Assembly (NCBI GenBank): GCA_050294405.1
Contig: JBNKOC010000029.1
Location: forward strand, 1 to 64,000
DNA length: 64,000 nt
Direction: 5' to 3'
DNA from: Fibrobacteria bacterium
GTDB taxonomy: Bacteria > Fibrobacterota > Fibrobacteria > UBA11236 > JADFYW01
The position numbers were made by a program, and so were the translations under genes. This document shows positions 18,172-27,819 of the stretch, in pieces; the first letter of the stretch is position 1; the number at the start of each line of letters is the position of its first letter. The notes beneath the pieces were generated by a model. The model was not told the DNA's origin and made no database searches. It worked only from the letters and a program-made list of their open reading frames with translations.

Positions 18172-19059
18172 ATGGATAAAAATCAATTTATTGAATTCGA
18201 AACAAATAACCCAACATATATAATGCATACAGATGCATCAAATTTACACATACATGGAGCTCGAATTAATGTTAATGGAATTCAAATGGAGATTGTTAAT
18301 AAAAAGGAGCTTAGTAGATATTTGAATTTGCCTGAAACATTTTTGAATGATAGTGATGAGAAATTAATTCAGCATGCAATTGAAAGACGTCAGCTTAATA
18401 AATTAACTGAACCGGTGGAGGTTGTAATAAAAGGGAAAAAGGTTTTAGGGTTCCGAAAACCAAACCCAAATCATTTTGATTTTTTCTCTATGATGATGGA
18501 AAATAAAAGTTTTGATGATGCTGAATTTACCCCTAATTATTATGGGTTAGAAATTAGGAAAAAATATCCAATTTCAATAAGACAAGATGTTGGTGATCCA
18601 GTTGATGTGGGTTTTTCTTTAAAAATAAATAATTTTGGTCCAAAACAAGGAGTTGCAATAAGAACATTTGTTGAAAGACTAGCATGTTCAAATGGCGCAG
18701 TAATTGAAGCTCCGGGGTTTACAGAAGAAATCTCCCTATCAAAAAATAGTCTTATCTTTAATGAAAATTTTATCCTTAAATTAATTAATGACAATTTACC
18801 AGTCCTTGCTAACTCTATATCAAAATTAACTGAGACCTGTCTGGGCGGAAAAGCTGAAAAATATTTAAAGGCTCACCAAAAGTTGCTAAATAGGTCCCCA
18901 GCTCAGTTGTACGGTCCGAAAAATACCTATTGGGACTATTGGAATTCCTTAACAGACTCAGCAAAAAGCTCTGAGCACAAAGCAATCCTTGAGCTTAAAG
19001 CTGGTAAATTAATATCTAATTTCGCTTCCACAAATAACATATATGTAGGTGTCCAATGA
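18172..19059 (+). CDS. Divergent DUF932-like protein
   Basis: VGD...G..L..N...RLACSNGAV and TYWDYWN.LT motifs; stop overlaps the next ATG (ATGA). Confidence 0.55.
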   Translation: MDKNQFIEFETNNPTYIMHTDASNLHIHGARINVNGIQMEIVNKKELSRYLNLPETFLNDSDEKLIQHAIERRQLNKLTEPVEVVIKGKKVLGFRKPNPNHFDFFSMMMENKSFDDAEFTPNYYGLEIRKKYPISIRQDVGDPVDVGFSLKINNFGPKQGVAIRTFVERLACSNGAVIEAPGFTEEISLSKNSLIFNENFILKLINDNLPVLANSISKLTETCLGGKAEKYLKAHQKLLNRSPAQLYGPKNTYWDYWNSLTDSAKSSEHKAILELKAGKLISNFASTNNIYVGVQ

Positions 19060-21416
19060 AATCAGGTTCTCAAATTGAAATAAAAGAGGCGGTATTTGGG
19101 CCAGATGGAAATGGCCCTTTTACATTTCTAATTGCCTTTCAAAATTTATTTTTTAAAAGCCAGGCAATATATGTTTTAACTAAAATTTTGTATGCGCTCC
19201 CCCATAATATTACTAACACTGGGAGTTTATTTTATTCTGGTGATTGTATTTGTTTTCAATCCACCCAAAAATCACATTATTCGAGTCAAAAGTCTTTGTT
19301 AATCAATATTTTAAAACAAGGGTTTCCGGAATTTATTGGATGCGAAATTATTTGGGACATATATAAAAAACATGGGGTGATTCTTAAAAAAAACACTGCT
19401 CATTATTTAAATAATGGGGAGAAAGTTTACAACAAACAAGTAATCCTTCAAAACCTAATATTTGATAATGTGGATTTAAAGAAATTGGAAAAAGAGGGTA
19501 ATATAACAAGCATTCCAAATCAGAATATTATTCAAAATTCAGATTTTTTTTTGGAACCAATACTAAAGGAAAAATCTTTTAAAAAAATTCCATTAGTTAA
19601 CCAATTGAATATTGGGGACTATTTGAACCAACGGGCGAGAGTAGTTTGTCGTATTATTACTGTCACCAGAAGTGCATTATTACCAAAAGCGATTAAAATG
19701 TGTTGTGCCCCCAAACATCCATTCTGCTCAACATTAAATTGTCCTTTTTATGACAACCCCAACCAAATTCTTAATGAGGAACATGAAATTTATGCTGCTT
19801 GGATTGAATATAGTAAAAGTAAGATGAAAAAATTTGGGGGAGTTGATATGTGTAAATTAGAATCAAAGTATTCACGAATAGAAGTTATGGAAACTATTAT
19901 GGTTCATCGCCTTTTAATTGATATTGAAGACCAACATGAAAATTTTTCTGAACCTATGGAAATTCTGTTTGTGGGAAATGTCCCAATTTTTCAAAAACCT
20001 TTGGAAATTTCAGGTACCGTTGTTTTAGACGAAAAACATTGTCCAATTTTAATTGCCTCAGTAGCAACCCCTATGAATAGTGCCTATCCAAGTGTAAATA
20101 AGTCTGAATTTCAAATATTTAGGAATCGGAATATTTTATCCAATGTTATTGATATTCAAGAAAATTTGATAAAGGTAATTGGGAGTGGAAGATTTAATCA
20201 TGTATTCATGGATTTATTGCAGCAATGCTCGCCACTTGAACTCAAATTTGAAAATGAATTAATTCGTGGGGCAATACACACATTAGAAATTGGTGACAGT
20301 GGAACGGCAAAAAGCCTGCGAAAGGCAAATATGATGAAAATAATACCCCTGGAAATGGAAATAGTATATTGTGATTCTGCTTCACGAACTGGGCTTACCT
20401 ATGGAATTGATAATTTTCGTGGTCAGGCTTACATAAAGCCAGGAGCACTGCCAAAAAATGATAGGAATCTGGTTCATTTAGATGAAATTCAAAACCTCCC
20501 AAAACCTGAACTCCCCAAATTCCGAAGTGTTTTAACTGAGGGCATATTAAAGGTCGATAGAATTTGCAGTGCAAAATTCAAAAGCCAGGTACGTGTTTCC
20601 ATGGCGGGAAATCCACCTACTGGAAAATTAATAAGCGATTATTGTTATGGTGTAGAGGCGTTCTTAGAACATTTTGAACCGGCAGATTTGCGCAGGTTTG
20701 ATATGGGAATAACAACATTAACAACAGATGTTTCCATTGATGAACAGAACAAAACGAATAAACAGAACACAGGAGTGGAGGCTGTGATTACCCCATCAAC
20801 CTTAAGGAATCTGATTCTTTGGGCAAGACAGCTTACAGCCGATGATATTCATTTTTTGCCGGAAACACAGGAGGTCATTTATCAGCAGGCAAAATTCTTT
20901 CGAAAAAAATATGAATCTGCCCTTTCAATTCCCCTGGTTTCAGCAGATCAACATCATAAGTTAGCAAGATTAGGCGCAGCATTAAGTGTTTTCTGTAATA
21001 ATGAGGATGCAAATGGCAGGGTAATTGTAGAACCTCAGCACATAAAATTTGTATCCGAATTTTTAGACCGAGTGTATTCTGGATCGGGAATGCAGCTTGA
21101 TAAATTTGCTGAATCCAAAAGGAAGCCAAAGTTTACAGAAACCACCTTCAATGAAATTTTCAAAGAATTGATGCATAGCAAGGGGAAAAGGCACTATAAA
21201 CAAGAAACCATACTGCTACTGGACTTAATTAATCAGCATGGCCAGATAAGCCGCCATGAATTAATGGAAAGGACAGGGCTTGGGAAAGATGCTCTGAATG
21301 CGCGAATTAGGGTTCTAAAAAATCACAACCTTATCAAAAATCTTCCGGGGGGATACCAGAAGGCTGAATTTTTCTCAAAATTTTATCAAATATGGAGGGA
21401 AAATCATAATCATTAA
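19056..21416 (+). CDS. MCM-family AAA+ helicase with Cys cluster and C-terminal wHTH
   Basis: HTLEIGDSGTAKS (Walker A), SRTGLT, IKPGALPKND..LVHLDEI (Walker B), MAGNP, DLRRFD (Arg finger). Confidence 0.85.
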   Translation: MKSGSQIEIKEAVFGPDGNGPFTFLIAFQNLFFKSQAIYVLTKILYALPHNITNTGSLFYSGDCICFQSTQKSHYSSQKSLLINILKQGFPEFIGCEIIWDIYKKHGVILKKNTAHYLNNGEKVYNKQVILQNLIFDNVDLKKLEKEGNITSIPNQNIIQNSDFFLEPILKEKSFKKIPLVNQLNIGDYLNQRARVVCRIITVTRSALLPKAIKMCCAPKHPFCSTLNCPFYDNPNQILNEEHEIYAAWIEYSKSKMKKFGGVDMCKLESKYSRIEVMETIMVHRLLIDIEDQHENFSEPMEILFVGNVPIFQKPLEISGTVVLDEKHCPILIASVATPMNSAYPSVNKSEFQIFRNRNILSNVIDIQENLIKVIGSGRFNHVFMDLLQQCSPLELKFENELIRGAIHTLEIGDSGTAKSLRKANMMKIIPLEMEIVYCDSASRTGLTYGIDNFRGQAYIKPGALPKNDRNLVHLDEIQNLPKPELPKFRSVLTEGILKVDRICSAKFKSQVRVSMAGNPPTGKLISDYCYGVEAFLEHFEPADLRRFDMGITTLTTDVSIDEQNKTNKQNTGVEAVITPSTLRNLILWARQLTADDIHFLPETQEVIYQQAKFFRKKYESALSIPLVSADQHHKLARLGAALSVFCNNEDANGRVIVEPQHIKFVSEFLDRVYSGSGMQLDKFAESKRKPKFTETTFNEIFKELMHSKGKRHYKQETILLLDLINQHGQISRHELMERTGLGKDALNARIRVLKNHNLIKNLPGGYQKAEFFSKFYQIWRENHNH

Positions 21417-21490
21417 AATTTCATTCGGTTTATTCGGTTTATTCGGGCTTAAAAAAGTTCAAAACTATTTAAATAAAAAGGAGGCATTAT

Positions 21491-22711
21491 TTGAACAAAA
21501 AAAATATCCACAAAAAATTGGACAAAAATAGGGCGGAAGCACCAGGCATACAGCCGCTTTCCATAATTGAACAATCAGAAATAAAGGTTGAAGGGGAATG
21601 GGCTTTTCAAAGCATAATGGCTAAACGTAAAATTCAGAATTTTAAAAATAAAATAAAATACGGTTTAACAGGTAAGCCCATGAGTGTGAGTTCTAAACAA
21701 AAAGAGTTTATTTCTCTTTTACAGAAAGGAATGTTCCGCTATACAAATATGAAAGAAATCACTGAGTTATTAATTGAATGCTTTGGAGACCAGAGTTTAA
21801 ATTTTGCAAAGCACTTTTATAGCCAGGTTTCCAAAACAAATGAGGAAAATCAGCTTGCAGAAATCTTAGTAATTTATTTTACATTTCAAAAGAATAATTG
21901 GGGTACAATATATGATATTTCTAAAGGAAAAAAAGATTTCGATTTAATTAAAAATATCGCTCTTAATTCTCAAAATAATATTACCCAGGCATACACATAC
22001 CGATATTGGAAGGTTCAAGGATACGACTCTCCTCCATGCCTTATTGAAATATGGTATAAAAAAATAATTTCTCAATGCTTATTTAAATCAGTGCCTTGCC
22101 CAGTAAGTATATATGATAGTTTAAATCCCAAAAATAACGGTACGGGACATATCCTTATATCTGAAGGGACGCTTGAAAACATCAATAATGAAAAATTCCC
22201 TGGCACTATGGATGAACTTTTTGAAATGTATCGTAACCAAGACATCCATTTTGAGGATTATGATTTAATTGGCATTCCGGGCTATTCGGGTTCAAGGAAG
22301 TCTTTGAGAGGTTGTTATCTATTTTATCGGAAACCTATTTTAAAAGAAAACAAGATTATTGATTACCGATTTGAAAAAGCCACGTATAAAACTCCTAAAG
22401 GGGAGCGTAAACAATATTGGTTGCAACATAAATTTGGTGAAGATGGTAGGTTCACTCAATTTGAAGTTCTTTGGGGCCTTATTACTAAAGGAAAATGGGC
22501 CGCAAGTTCTTCTAGTTCGGAAGGGAGGTCAAAAACTTTAAGTAATTACCTTTCAGAATTAATTAGGCCAATAATAGAATCTATAAGTAAATATGAGGTT
22601 GAAAAAACACCGAATGAGGCATGGTGCCGTTTAATTAAAAAGTCTGAATTGGGAAATCCAAAGATAAAAGCACTGTTTATGTTTCCCCTAACGGATAATA
22701 AACATATTTAA
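21491..22711 (+). CDS. Hypothetical protein
   Basis: 406-aa ORF, RBS AAGGAGG before TTG, followed by a terminator. Confidence 0.7.
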   Translation: MNKKNIHKKLDKNRAEAPGIQPLSIIEQSEIKVEGEWAFQSIMAKRKIQNFKNKIKYGLTGKPMSVSSKQKEFISLLQKGMFRYTNMKEITELLIECFGDQSLNFAKHFYSQVSKTNEENQLAEILVIYFTFQKNNWGTIYDISKGKKDFDLIKNIALNSQNNITQAYTYRYWKVQGYDSPPCLIEIWYKKIISQCLFKSVPCPVSIYDSLNPKNNGTGHILISEGTLENINNEKFPGTMDELFEMYRNQDIHFEDYDLIGIPGYSGSRKSLRGCYLFYRKPILKENKIIDYRFEKATYKTPKGERKQYWLQHKFGEDGRFTQFEVLWGLITKGKWAASSSSSEGRSKTLSNYLSELIRPIIESISKYEVEKTPNEAWCRLIKKSELGNPKIKALFMFPLTDNKHI

Positions 22712-22734
22712 GCCTGCTGATAACCTTTAAATTT

Positions 22735-22765
22735 AGCTGCTCATAGAAATGGGCAGCTTTTTTTT
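22735..22765 (+). terminator. Rho-independent terminator
   Basis: AGCTGCTCAT-AGAA-ATGGGCAGCT + T-run. Confidence 0.8.
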
Positions 22766-22861
22766 GCCTTCCCATTTGGAAAGACCTTTTTTGGGAAGCC
22801 AAGGTATTACCTTATTGGTAAAAATAATGTTGATTTCAAAAATCAAAAAAAAGGAGTACCA

Positions 22862-23098
22862 ATGGGAAATCCTCAGACATTTAAAAAATTAGGTCACAAA
22901 CCAAATTTGAAAATGATTCATGCTATGATTGATAAAGGCTGGACTAATTTTCAGCTTGCAAATGTAGTTGGCTGCGCAGATTCATTTATTGCCCTCCTTC
23001 GGCATGGACGTCGAATCCCTGGAAAAAAAATGGCCGAGGCAATTGAAAAGGCATTAGATGAAAAAAATCTATTCCCTCCAACTGCTTTAGTCACCTAA
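22862..23098 (+). CDS. XRE/Cro-like HTH regulator
   Basis: GWTNFQLANVVGCADSFIALLRHGRRIPG...IEKAL; RBS AAGGAG. Confidence 0.85.
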   Translation: MGNPQTFKKLGHKPNLKMIHAMIDKGWTNFQLANVVGCADSFIALLRHGRRIPGKKMAEAIEKALDEKNLFPPTALVT

Positions 23099-23262
23099 TA
23101 AATATTTGCCTTACCCTGATTAGAATCGACTGTAGAATGTTTTATAAACATCTATATCGATTACAACAATTACCTAGTAATTGTTAACCAAAAAAAAATT
23201 TAAAAATGAAGCCTAGGAGCTGAGTTAATAGATATTGCCTAAAATTAAACACAGGACCCAAT

Positions 23263-23580
23263 ATGAACAAAAACCACCATTTGCCAAAAAACGAGTTATA
23301 TGCCAGGTTAAACCTTCAGTTAGAAGGAAGGTATCACTCTTTATATTCTAAATTTTTGGCCAATCCAATAAGAAAAAACGGAATGACAAACTGCTGGGAT
23401 ACCCACCTTCATTCAAAGGGAACAGACAACAATCCATCTCGAAGCATCAATAACAAAACTGGGCAGAATTATTGTTTTAGCTGCGGAAGCAAGGGAAATT
23501 TTACCAGCTTTTTCAAGAGCCGTTGCCCGGGAGTAAGCTTTATAAAAACATGTATAAATGAATTTGGCGTAACACTTTAA
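23263..23580 (+). CDS. CHC2-type primase zinc-binding domain (separate ORF or frameshift-fused to the next gene)
   Basis: C...H...D.NPS.SIN.KTG..YCFSCGSKG. Confidence 0.75.
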   Translation: MNKNHHLPKNELYARLNLQLEGRYHSLYSKFLANPIRKNGMTNCWDTHLHSKGTDNNPSRSINNKTGQNYCFSCGSKGNFTSFFKSRCPGVSFIKTCINEFGVTL

Positions 23581-23593
23581 AAAAGAATTTAAC

Positions 23594-25732
23594 ATGGAAA
23601 AAATAATTAAAGAAAAAACAGAATCAGGGCCTGACATCCCAAAAGTTATTAAGGGAAAGAACGGAACTATATACAAATTAGTTAGCATCCACCCTTATTA
23701 TGACAGCCGAAATAAAATCCAATACTACACCGTAAGGTACGAATGTGAGGACTCAGGACCAAATAAAAGGCATAAAGTATTTAAACAATACTCAAAGTCA
23801 CCAAATGGTACATGGATAGCAAAGGCCATCAAGGGCAAGAAATTTTTATATCGATTAAATAAACTATTAAAGGCTGCCTTAAATGTCCCTGTAATAATAG
23901 TGGAGGGGGAAAAGGCTTGTGAAGCCCTTGAGAAGCTAATCGAAGCAAAAGAGATAAACATTGAAGGAATTCCGACTGCCTACTCTGGAGGCAGCAACAA
24001 TTGCACTAATGTTGATTACTCTATTCTTAAAGGCCGAAAAGTTATCCTAATTCCTGATATGGATTTAGCTGGGGTTTTATGCATAGCTAAGTTAATTGAG
24101 GCTTTGAGGAAGGATGGCGTGAAAGATATTTCGGTGGTAGAGTTACCATATGAATTATTATCAAATCACGTTAAGGGATGGGATGTTGCCGACCCACTGC
24201 CAAAAGATTACACATATGAGGAGTTAAGCAATGAAATTCAAAACCCTAAGAAGTACGAGGATATTGCTGCCTACAAGGAGGTTGTTAAATCTGCTGAAAA
24301 CGCAAAGGAAAAGGTTAAAATTAATCCTGAAATCAATAAGAAACAAGATGAAATTTTAAAGGAACCCACTGATATAGCCAAACGATTTTTAGTTGAGAAT
24401 AATTTAGTTGTTGTCTATATAAACGGAGATTTTGAAATTTGGTCAAAAAACAAATACAAAATAATTAGCGAAAAACACCTAGCTGCTCGAATTACCAAAT
24501 TCTTACAAAGCTACATTGGCAAGACCATAACTCAAATTAATGGGAAAGGTGATGAATATGAAGAGAATGTATTACAGTTTAAACCTACAAAAGGAAATAT
24601 TAATACCCTATTGATATGTTTGGCTGGATTAACAGTAATACCATTATATACTAGGGAGCGTTCCTTTCTATACAATCAGCAGCTGAAGGGCGAGTTTCTT
24701 CAAATGAGTAATGGAATCATTAACATCCAAGAGGTGCTATCAGGTGGGAAACATGCATTGATAAAACCAACTTCAATATTTTATACCCATACTGCATTAG
24801 ATTACAAATATGACGCCCAAGCTAAATGCCCGGAATTCCTATCATTTTTAGATACAGTTCTCCCGGACCGCTCTTTACAGAAAATTTTACAGGAATGGTT
24901 TGGGTATTGTCTTTCCGGAGATATGCGGTATCATAAATTCATAATTTTATTTGGGGAGGGAGCTAACGGGAAGTCCGTTGTTTTAAATATTCTTGAAAGC
25001 ATGTTAGGGGCAGAGAATGTAAGCCATGTTTCGTTAGAATCTTTTGGCGATACATTTGGTCTAGGATATACTTATCAAAAATTGGCCAATATATGTTCTG
25101 AAATTTCATATGTTGAGAAAACTGCTGAAGGAATTTTAAAATCATATACAGCGGGCGATTTCATCAGCTTTAACCGCAAATATAAAGATCCAATATCAGC
25201 AGTTCCAACTGCCAAATTAACATTTGCCGGGAATATCTTACCAAGATTTAATGATAAGTCAAATGGTATTTGGAGGCGAATATTACTAATGCCCTTTAAC
25301 GTGACCATTCCTGAAGATCAACAGGACAAAAGACTTGGCAGTCGAATAATAAAAAATGAACTACCAGGCATATTTAATTGGGCGCTAGAGGGTCTAAAAC
25401 GTCTTAGAGAGCAGGATGGATTTACAATTTCAGAGGCTTCCAATGAGTCGGTAAAAGAATATAAAGAAGAGTCCAATAGTTGCATTTTATTTTTTAAAGA
25501 ATTTTGCGAAGCTGATGAGTATTCAGAAGTGAAGTCGGATCGCCTTTATGAGGCGTATTCTTTTTTCTGCAAGTCAAATGGTTTGTTACCTAATTCCAAC
25601 ATAGTGTTTGGGAAAGAATTAAAAAAGGCTTTTCCCAACGTAACTAAGACCCAAGGACCCAATAAAAAGTATCGGGGGATTCATTGGAATGGAATGGATG
25701 ATTTCGAAATTATGAGGGCCCTAAAATCTTAA
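23594..25732 (+). CDS. Toprim primase + D5/P4-family SF3 helicase
   Basis: IIVEGEKA and PDMD (Toprim); CPEF..FL, GYCL, GEGANGKS, KLTFAGN.LP, GIWRRI (P4/D5 ATPase). Confidence 0.92.
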   Translation: MEKIIKEKTESGPDIPKVIKGKNGTIYKLVSIHPYYDSRNKIQYYTVRYECEDSGPNKRHKVFKQYSKSPNGTWIAKAIKGKKFLYRLNKLLKAALNVPVIIVEGEKACEALEKLIEAKEINIEGIPTAYSGGSNNCTNVDYSILKGRKVILIPDMDLAGVLCIAKLIEALRKDGVKDISVVELPYELLSNHVKGWDVADPLPKDYTYEELSNEIQNPKKYEDIAAYKEVVKSAENAKEKVKINPEINKKQDEILKEPTDIAKRFLVENNLVVVYINGDFEIWSKNKYKIISEKHLAARITKFLQSYIGKTITQINGKGDEYEENVLQFKPTKGNINTLLICLAGLTVIPLYTRERSFLYNQQLKGEFLQMSNGIINIQEVLSGGKHALIKPTSIFYTHTALDYKYDAQAKCPEFLSFLDTVLPDRSLQKILQEWFGYCLSGDMRYHKFIILFGEGANGKSVVLNILESMLGAENVSHVSLESFGDTFGLGYTYQKLANICSEISYVEKTAEGILKSYTAGDFISFNRKYKDPISAVPTAKLTFAGNILPRFNDKSNGIWRRILLMPFNVTIPEDQQDKRLGSRIIKNELPGIFNWALEGLKRLREQDGFTISEASNESVKEYKEESNSCILFFKEFCEADEYSEVKSDRLYEAYSFFCKSNGLLPNSNIVFGKELKKAFPNVTKTQGPNKKYRGIHWNGMDDFEIMRALKS

Positions 25733-25735
25733 ACC

Positions 25736-25844
25736 TTACCCCTTTTACCGGTAATTTCCAATTGTTATCAAAAGCAAAAGGAAATGATTTATCAAGAAGA
25801 TAAGCATAGAAATAAGAATGGGAAATTACCGGTAAAAGGGGTAA
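25736..25844. repeat. Perfect 24-bp inverted repeat flanking a 61-bp AT-rich spacer: candidate replication origin
   Basis: TTACCCCTTTTACCGGTAATTTCC (25736-59) / GGAAATTACCGGTAAAAGGGGTAA (25821-44). Confidence 0.85.
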
Positions 25845-25870
25845 TCAACTTTAAAAAAAGGAGAATTAAA

Positions 25871-26260
25871 ATGTTATTGAACATAGAAATCGAATTTCAA
25901 ATTTGCCCACTTATTCCAATTTGGGAATCGGGTTATATCAAAGGGTTTTATACTGAAGGCACCTACCCTAAAGCAATCACATATGCGAGAGTTGAGAACG
26001 ATTTGGGGGAACTGCTTTCCATCCCAATTTTCCGATTGAGGTCTGTTGAAAGTCCAGAAGATAAACCAAGCCGGGATTGGCCAATTACAGTCATATTTTC
26101 AATCCCGGACCTTCCTAATTTAGAAGGATGGGTGCAGGGTCTGGCATCCGTGCAAATGGATGACAAAATGGAAAATATGGTTGTGATTGAATGTGAAAAT
26201 GGGAAATGGATTAGCCTTCTCCATGAAAAATTAAAACCAGCACCAATAAGCAAAAAATAA
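25871..26260 (+). CDS. Hypothetical protein (start at 25871 rather than 25784)
   Basis: RBS AAGGAG before ATG 25871; the longer start would run through the inverted repeat. Confidence 0.6.
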   Translation: MLLNIEIEFQICPLIPIWESGYIKGFYTEGTYPKAITYARVENDLGELLSIPIFRLRSVESPEDKPSRDWPITVIFSIPDLPNLEGWVQGLASVQMDDKMENMVVIECENGKWISLLHEKLKPAPISKK

Positions 26261-26281
26261 AATCAATCAAAAAGGCAATGT

Positions 26282-26479
26282 TTGATGAACAAAGAATATG
26301 TCAGTATAAACGAAATTTCAAAACTCCTAAAAAGGTCAACTTCCACAATCCGGCGTTGGAAAACAATGAAATTCATCCCATACCACCAGCCCACTAAAAA
26401 CTCCCCTATCCAATTTGATAGAGAGGCCGTGGAAATATGGTGGAAAAATATGCATACATTAGGAAAATCAAAAATATAA
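26282..26479 (+). CDS. Excisionase / AlpA-Xis-like HTH protein
   Basis: YVSINEISKLLKRSTSTIRRW....IPYHQ....IQFD...V..W; directly upstream of integrase. Confidence 0.85.
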   Translation: MMNKEYVSINEISKLLKRSTSTIRRWKTMKFIPYHQPTKNSPIQFDREAVEIWWKNMHTLGKSKI

Positions 26480-26600
26480 GGAAATAGATGAATTACCTAA
26501 AACCAAATTTTTGCTATTTTAATCATATTGCCTTGCCCCTGAGCAGGGTAATTTGCTTTTTGACAGCCCCCAAGCAAGGGTTTTGAATATACAGAAAGGA

Positions 26601-27656
26601 ATGTATATGTTAAAACCAACAAAATTTCGAATCTATCAACCCCATAAAAATTCTGGAAATAACAATTGGTATGGAGTTTGTGAAAGTGAAGATGGTAGGA
26701 AAAAAATATCATTAAAAACAACGCAAAAAAAAATTGCTGAACAATGGCTTCAGAAACAAAACGCCCAGCTTTACTTACCAAGCAATGAAAATCCGAAACA
26801 TTTTCGGTTAAATAATCTTATTCTAGAGTATCAAAGATATTTTGGAAACAAAGAATATAAATCACCGAGAACGCACACGGCCTACTCTCAATACTTAACA
26901 CGTTTTTATAATTATAAAGACAAATCTGAATGGCTTGCAGAATTTGATTTTGAAAAAGCCCAAAGATATTTGAACCATCTAGGAAAAACACTTAGCCCCA
27001 AAACATTGAGGGAACATTATAAAGTGCTAAAAAAAATGTTCAAATATTTTAAAGCAAAGAAGTATTTGAGCGAAAACCCTTTTGAAAACGAAGAAATAGA
27101 TTTGCCGGACGTGAAAGTTAAGGAAAAGCCTTTTTGGACCCTTGAAGAAATTGATTGGATTTTGGAAAAAGTTCCTGAAACGGCTTTCCCATTTTTTGCA
27201 ACCTTAGCACATACGGGGCTAAGGTTTTCAGAATGTATCCACTTAACATTTGATTGCATAAATTTTAAAGAAGCAAAAATGGTATTCATAGGAAAAGGAG
27301 GTATTGAAAGAGAAGTTTCCATTAATAATTTTTTATTACCCATTCTATTAAAAGAATTTGAAAAATTTGGACCTGGAAAATGTTTTCCCGAAATGCCAGA
27401 AACCGAATTCGGCTGCCTTAAATTGCTAAAAAGGTCGCTTGTGGGAATGGACTTCCAGAAAAAAGGTTCCAACAACCTCCACCGATTCAGACATTCTTTT
27501 GCATCAAACCTTTTATTAAAGGGTGCCAGTATCAAACAGGTTCAAAAACTAATGGGACATTCCAGCATTAGAATCACTTTAGACACCTATACCCATATCC
27601 TTGATAAAGATTTGCATGCAACTACTAAATTATTAGAACCTGAAAATGAGCGGTGA
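26601..27656 (+). CDS. Tyrosine recombinase/integrase
   Basis: HTGLRFSE, GKGG, HRFRHSFAS, LMGHSSI.ITLDTYTH (R-K-H-R-H-Y catalytic set). Confidence 0.96.
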   Translation: MYMLKPTKFRIYQPHKNSGNNNWYGVCESEDGRKKISLKTTQKKIAEQWLQKQNAQLYLPSNENPKHFRLNNLILEYQRYFGNKEYKSPRTHTAYSQYLTRFYNYKDKSEWLAEFDFEKAQRYLNHLGKTLSPKTLREHYKVLKKMFKYFKAKKYLSENPFENEEIDLPDVKVKEKPFWTLEEIDWILEKVPETAFPFFATLAHTGLRFSECIHLTFDCINFKEAKMVFIGKGGIEREVSINNFLLPILLKEFEKFGPGKCFPEMPETEFGCLKLLKRSLVGMDFQKKGSNNLHRFRHSFASNLLLKGASIKQVQKLMGHSSIRITLDTYTHILDKDLHATTKLLEPENER

Positions 27657-27692
27657 TAGTATTAGTTGGGATAGCTTCTTGGACCTCAGAAC

Positions 27693-27791
27693 TGGTCCCG
27701 TATTGGTCCCAAAACCAACCTATTTTTTTAACCAACCGTGATTAACTAGAATTAACCATGGGAAAGGATGACTATCTATAAGTAATTGAAT
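27693..27791. promoter_or_regulatory. Candidate att-arm region: TGGTCCC direct repeats and an IHF-like site
   Basis: TGGTCCC at 27693 and 27704; TAAGTAATTGAAT at 27779-91 resembles the IHF consensus. Confidence 0.4.
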
Positions 27792-27819
27792 TTTCGCAAT
27801 TTAAGCTAAAAGAGTCAGC

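Larger units (their letters stand above)
10000..27819. mobile_element. Integrated element at the tRNA-Asn 3' end (satellite/IME-like; left boundary undetermined and may include the cas locus)
   Basis: Tyrosine integrase + xis beside the tRNA 3' end; primase-helicase, HTH, DUF932; visibly AT-richer than 28-64 kb; no second att copy found by eye. Confidence 0.8.

Noticed and set aside
25784..25870. N-terminal extension of the ORF after the primase
   Set aside because: Runs through the inverted repeat; ATG 25871 has the RBS
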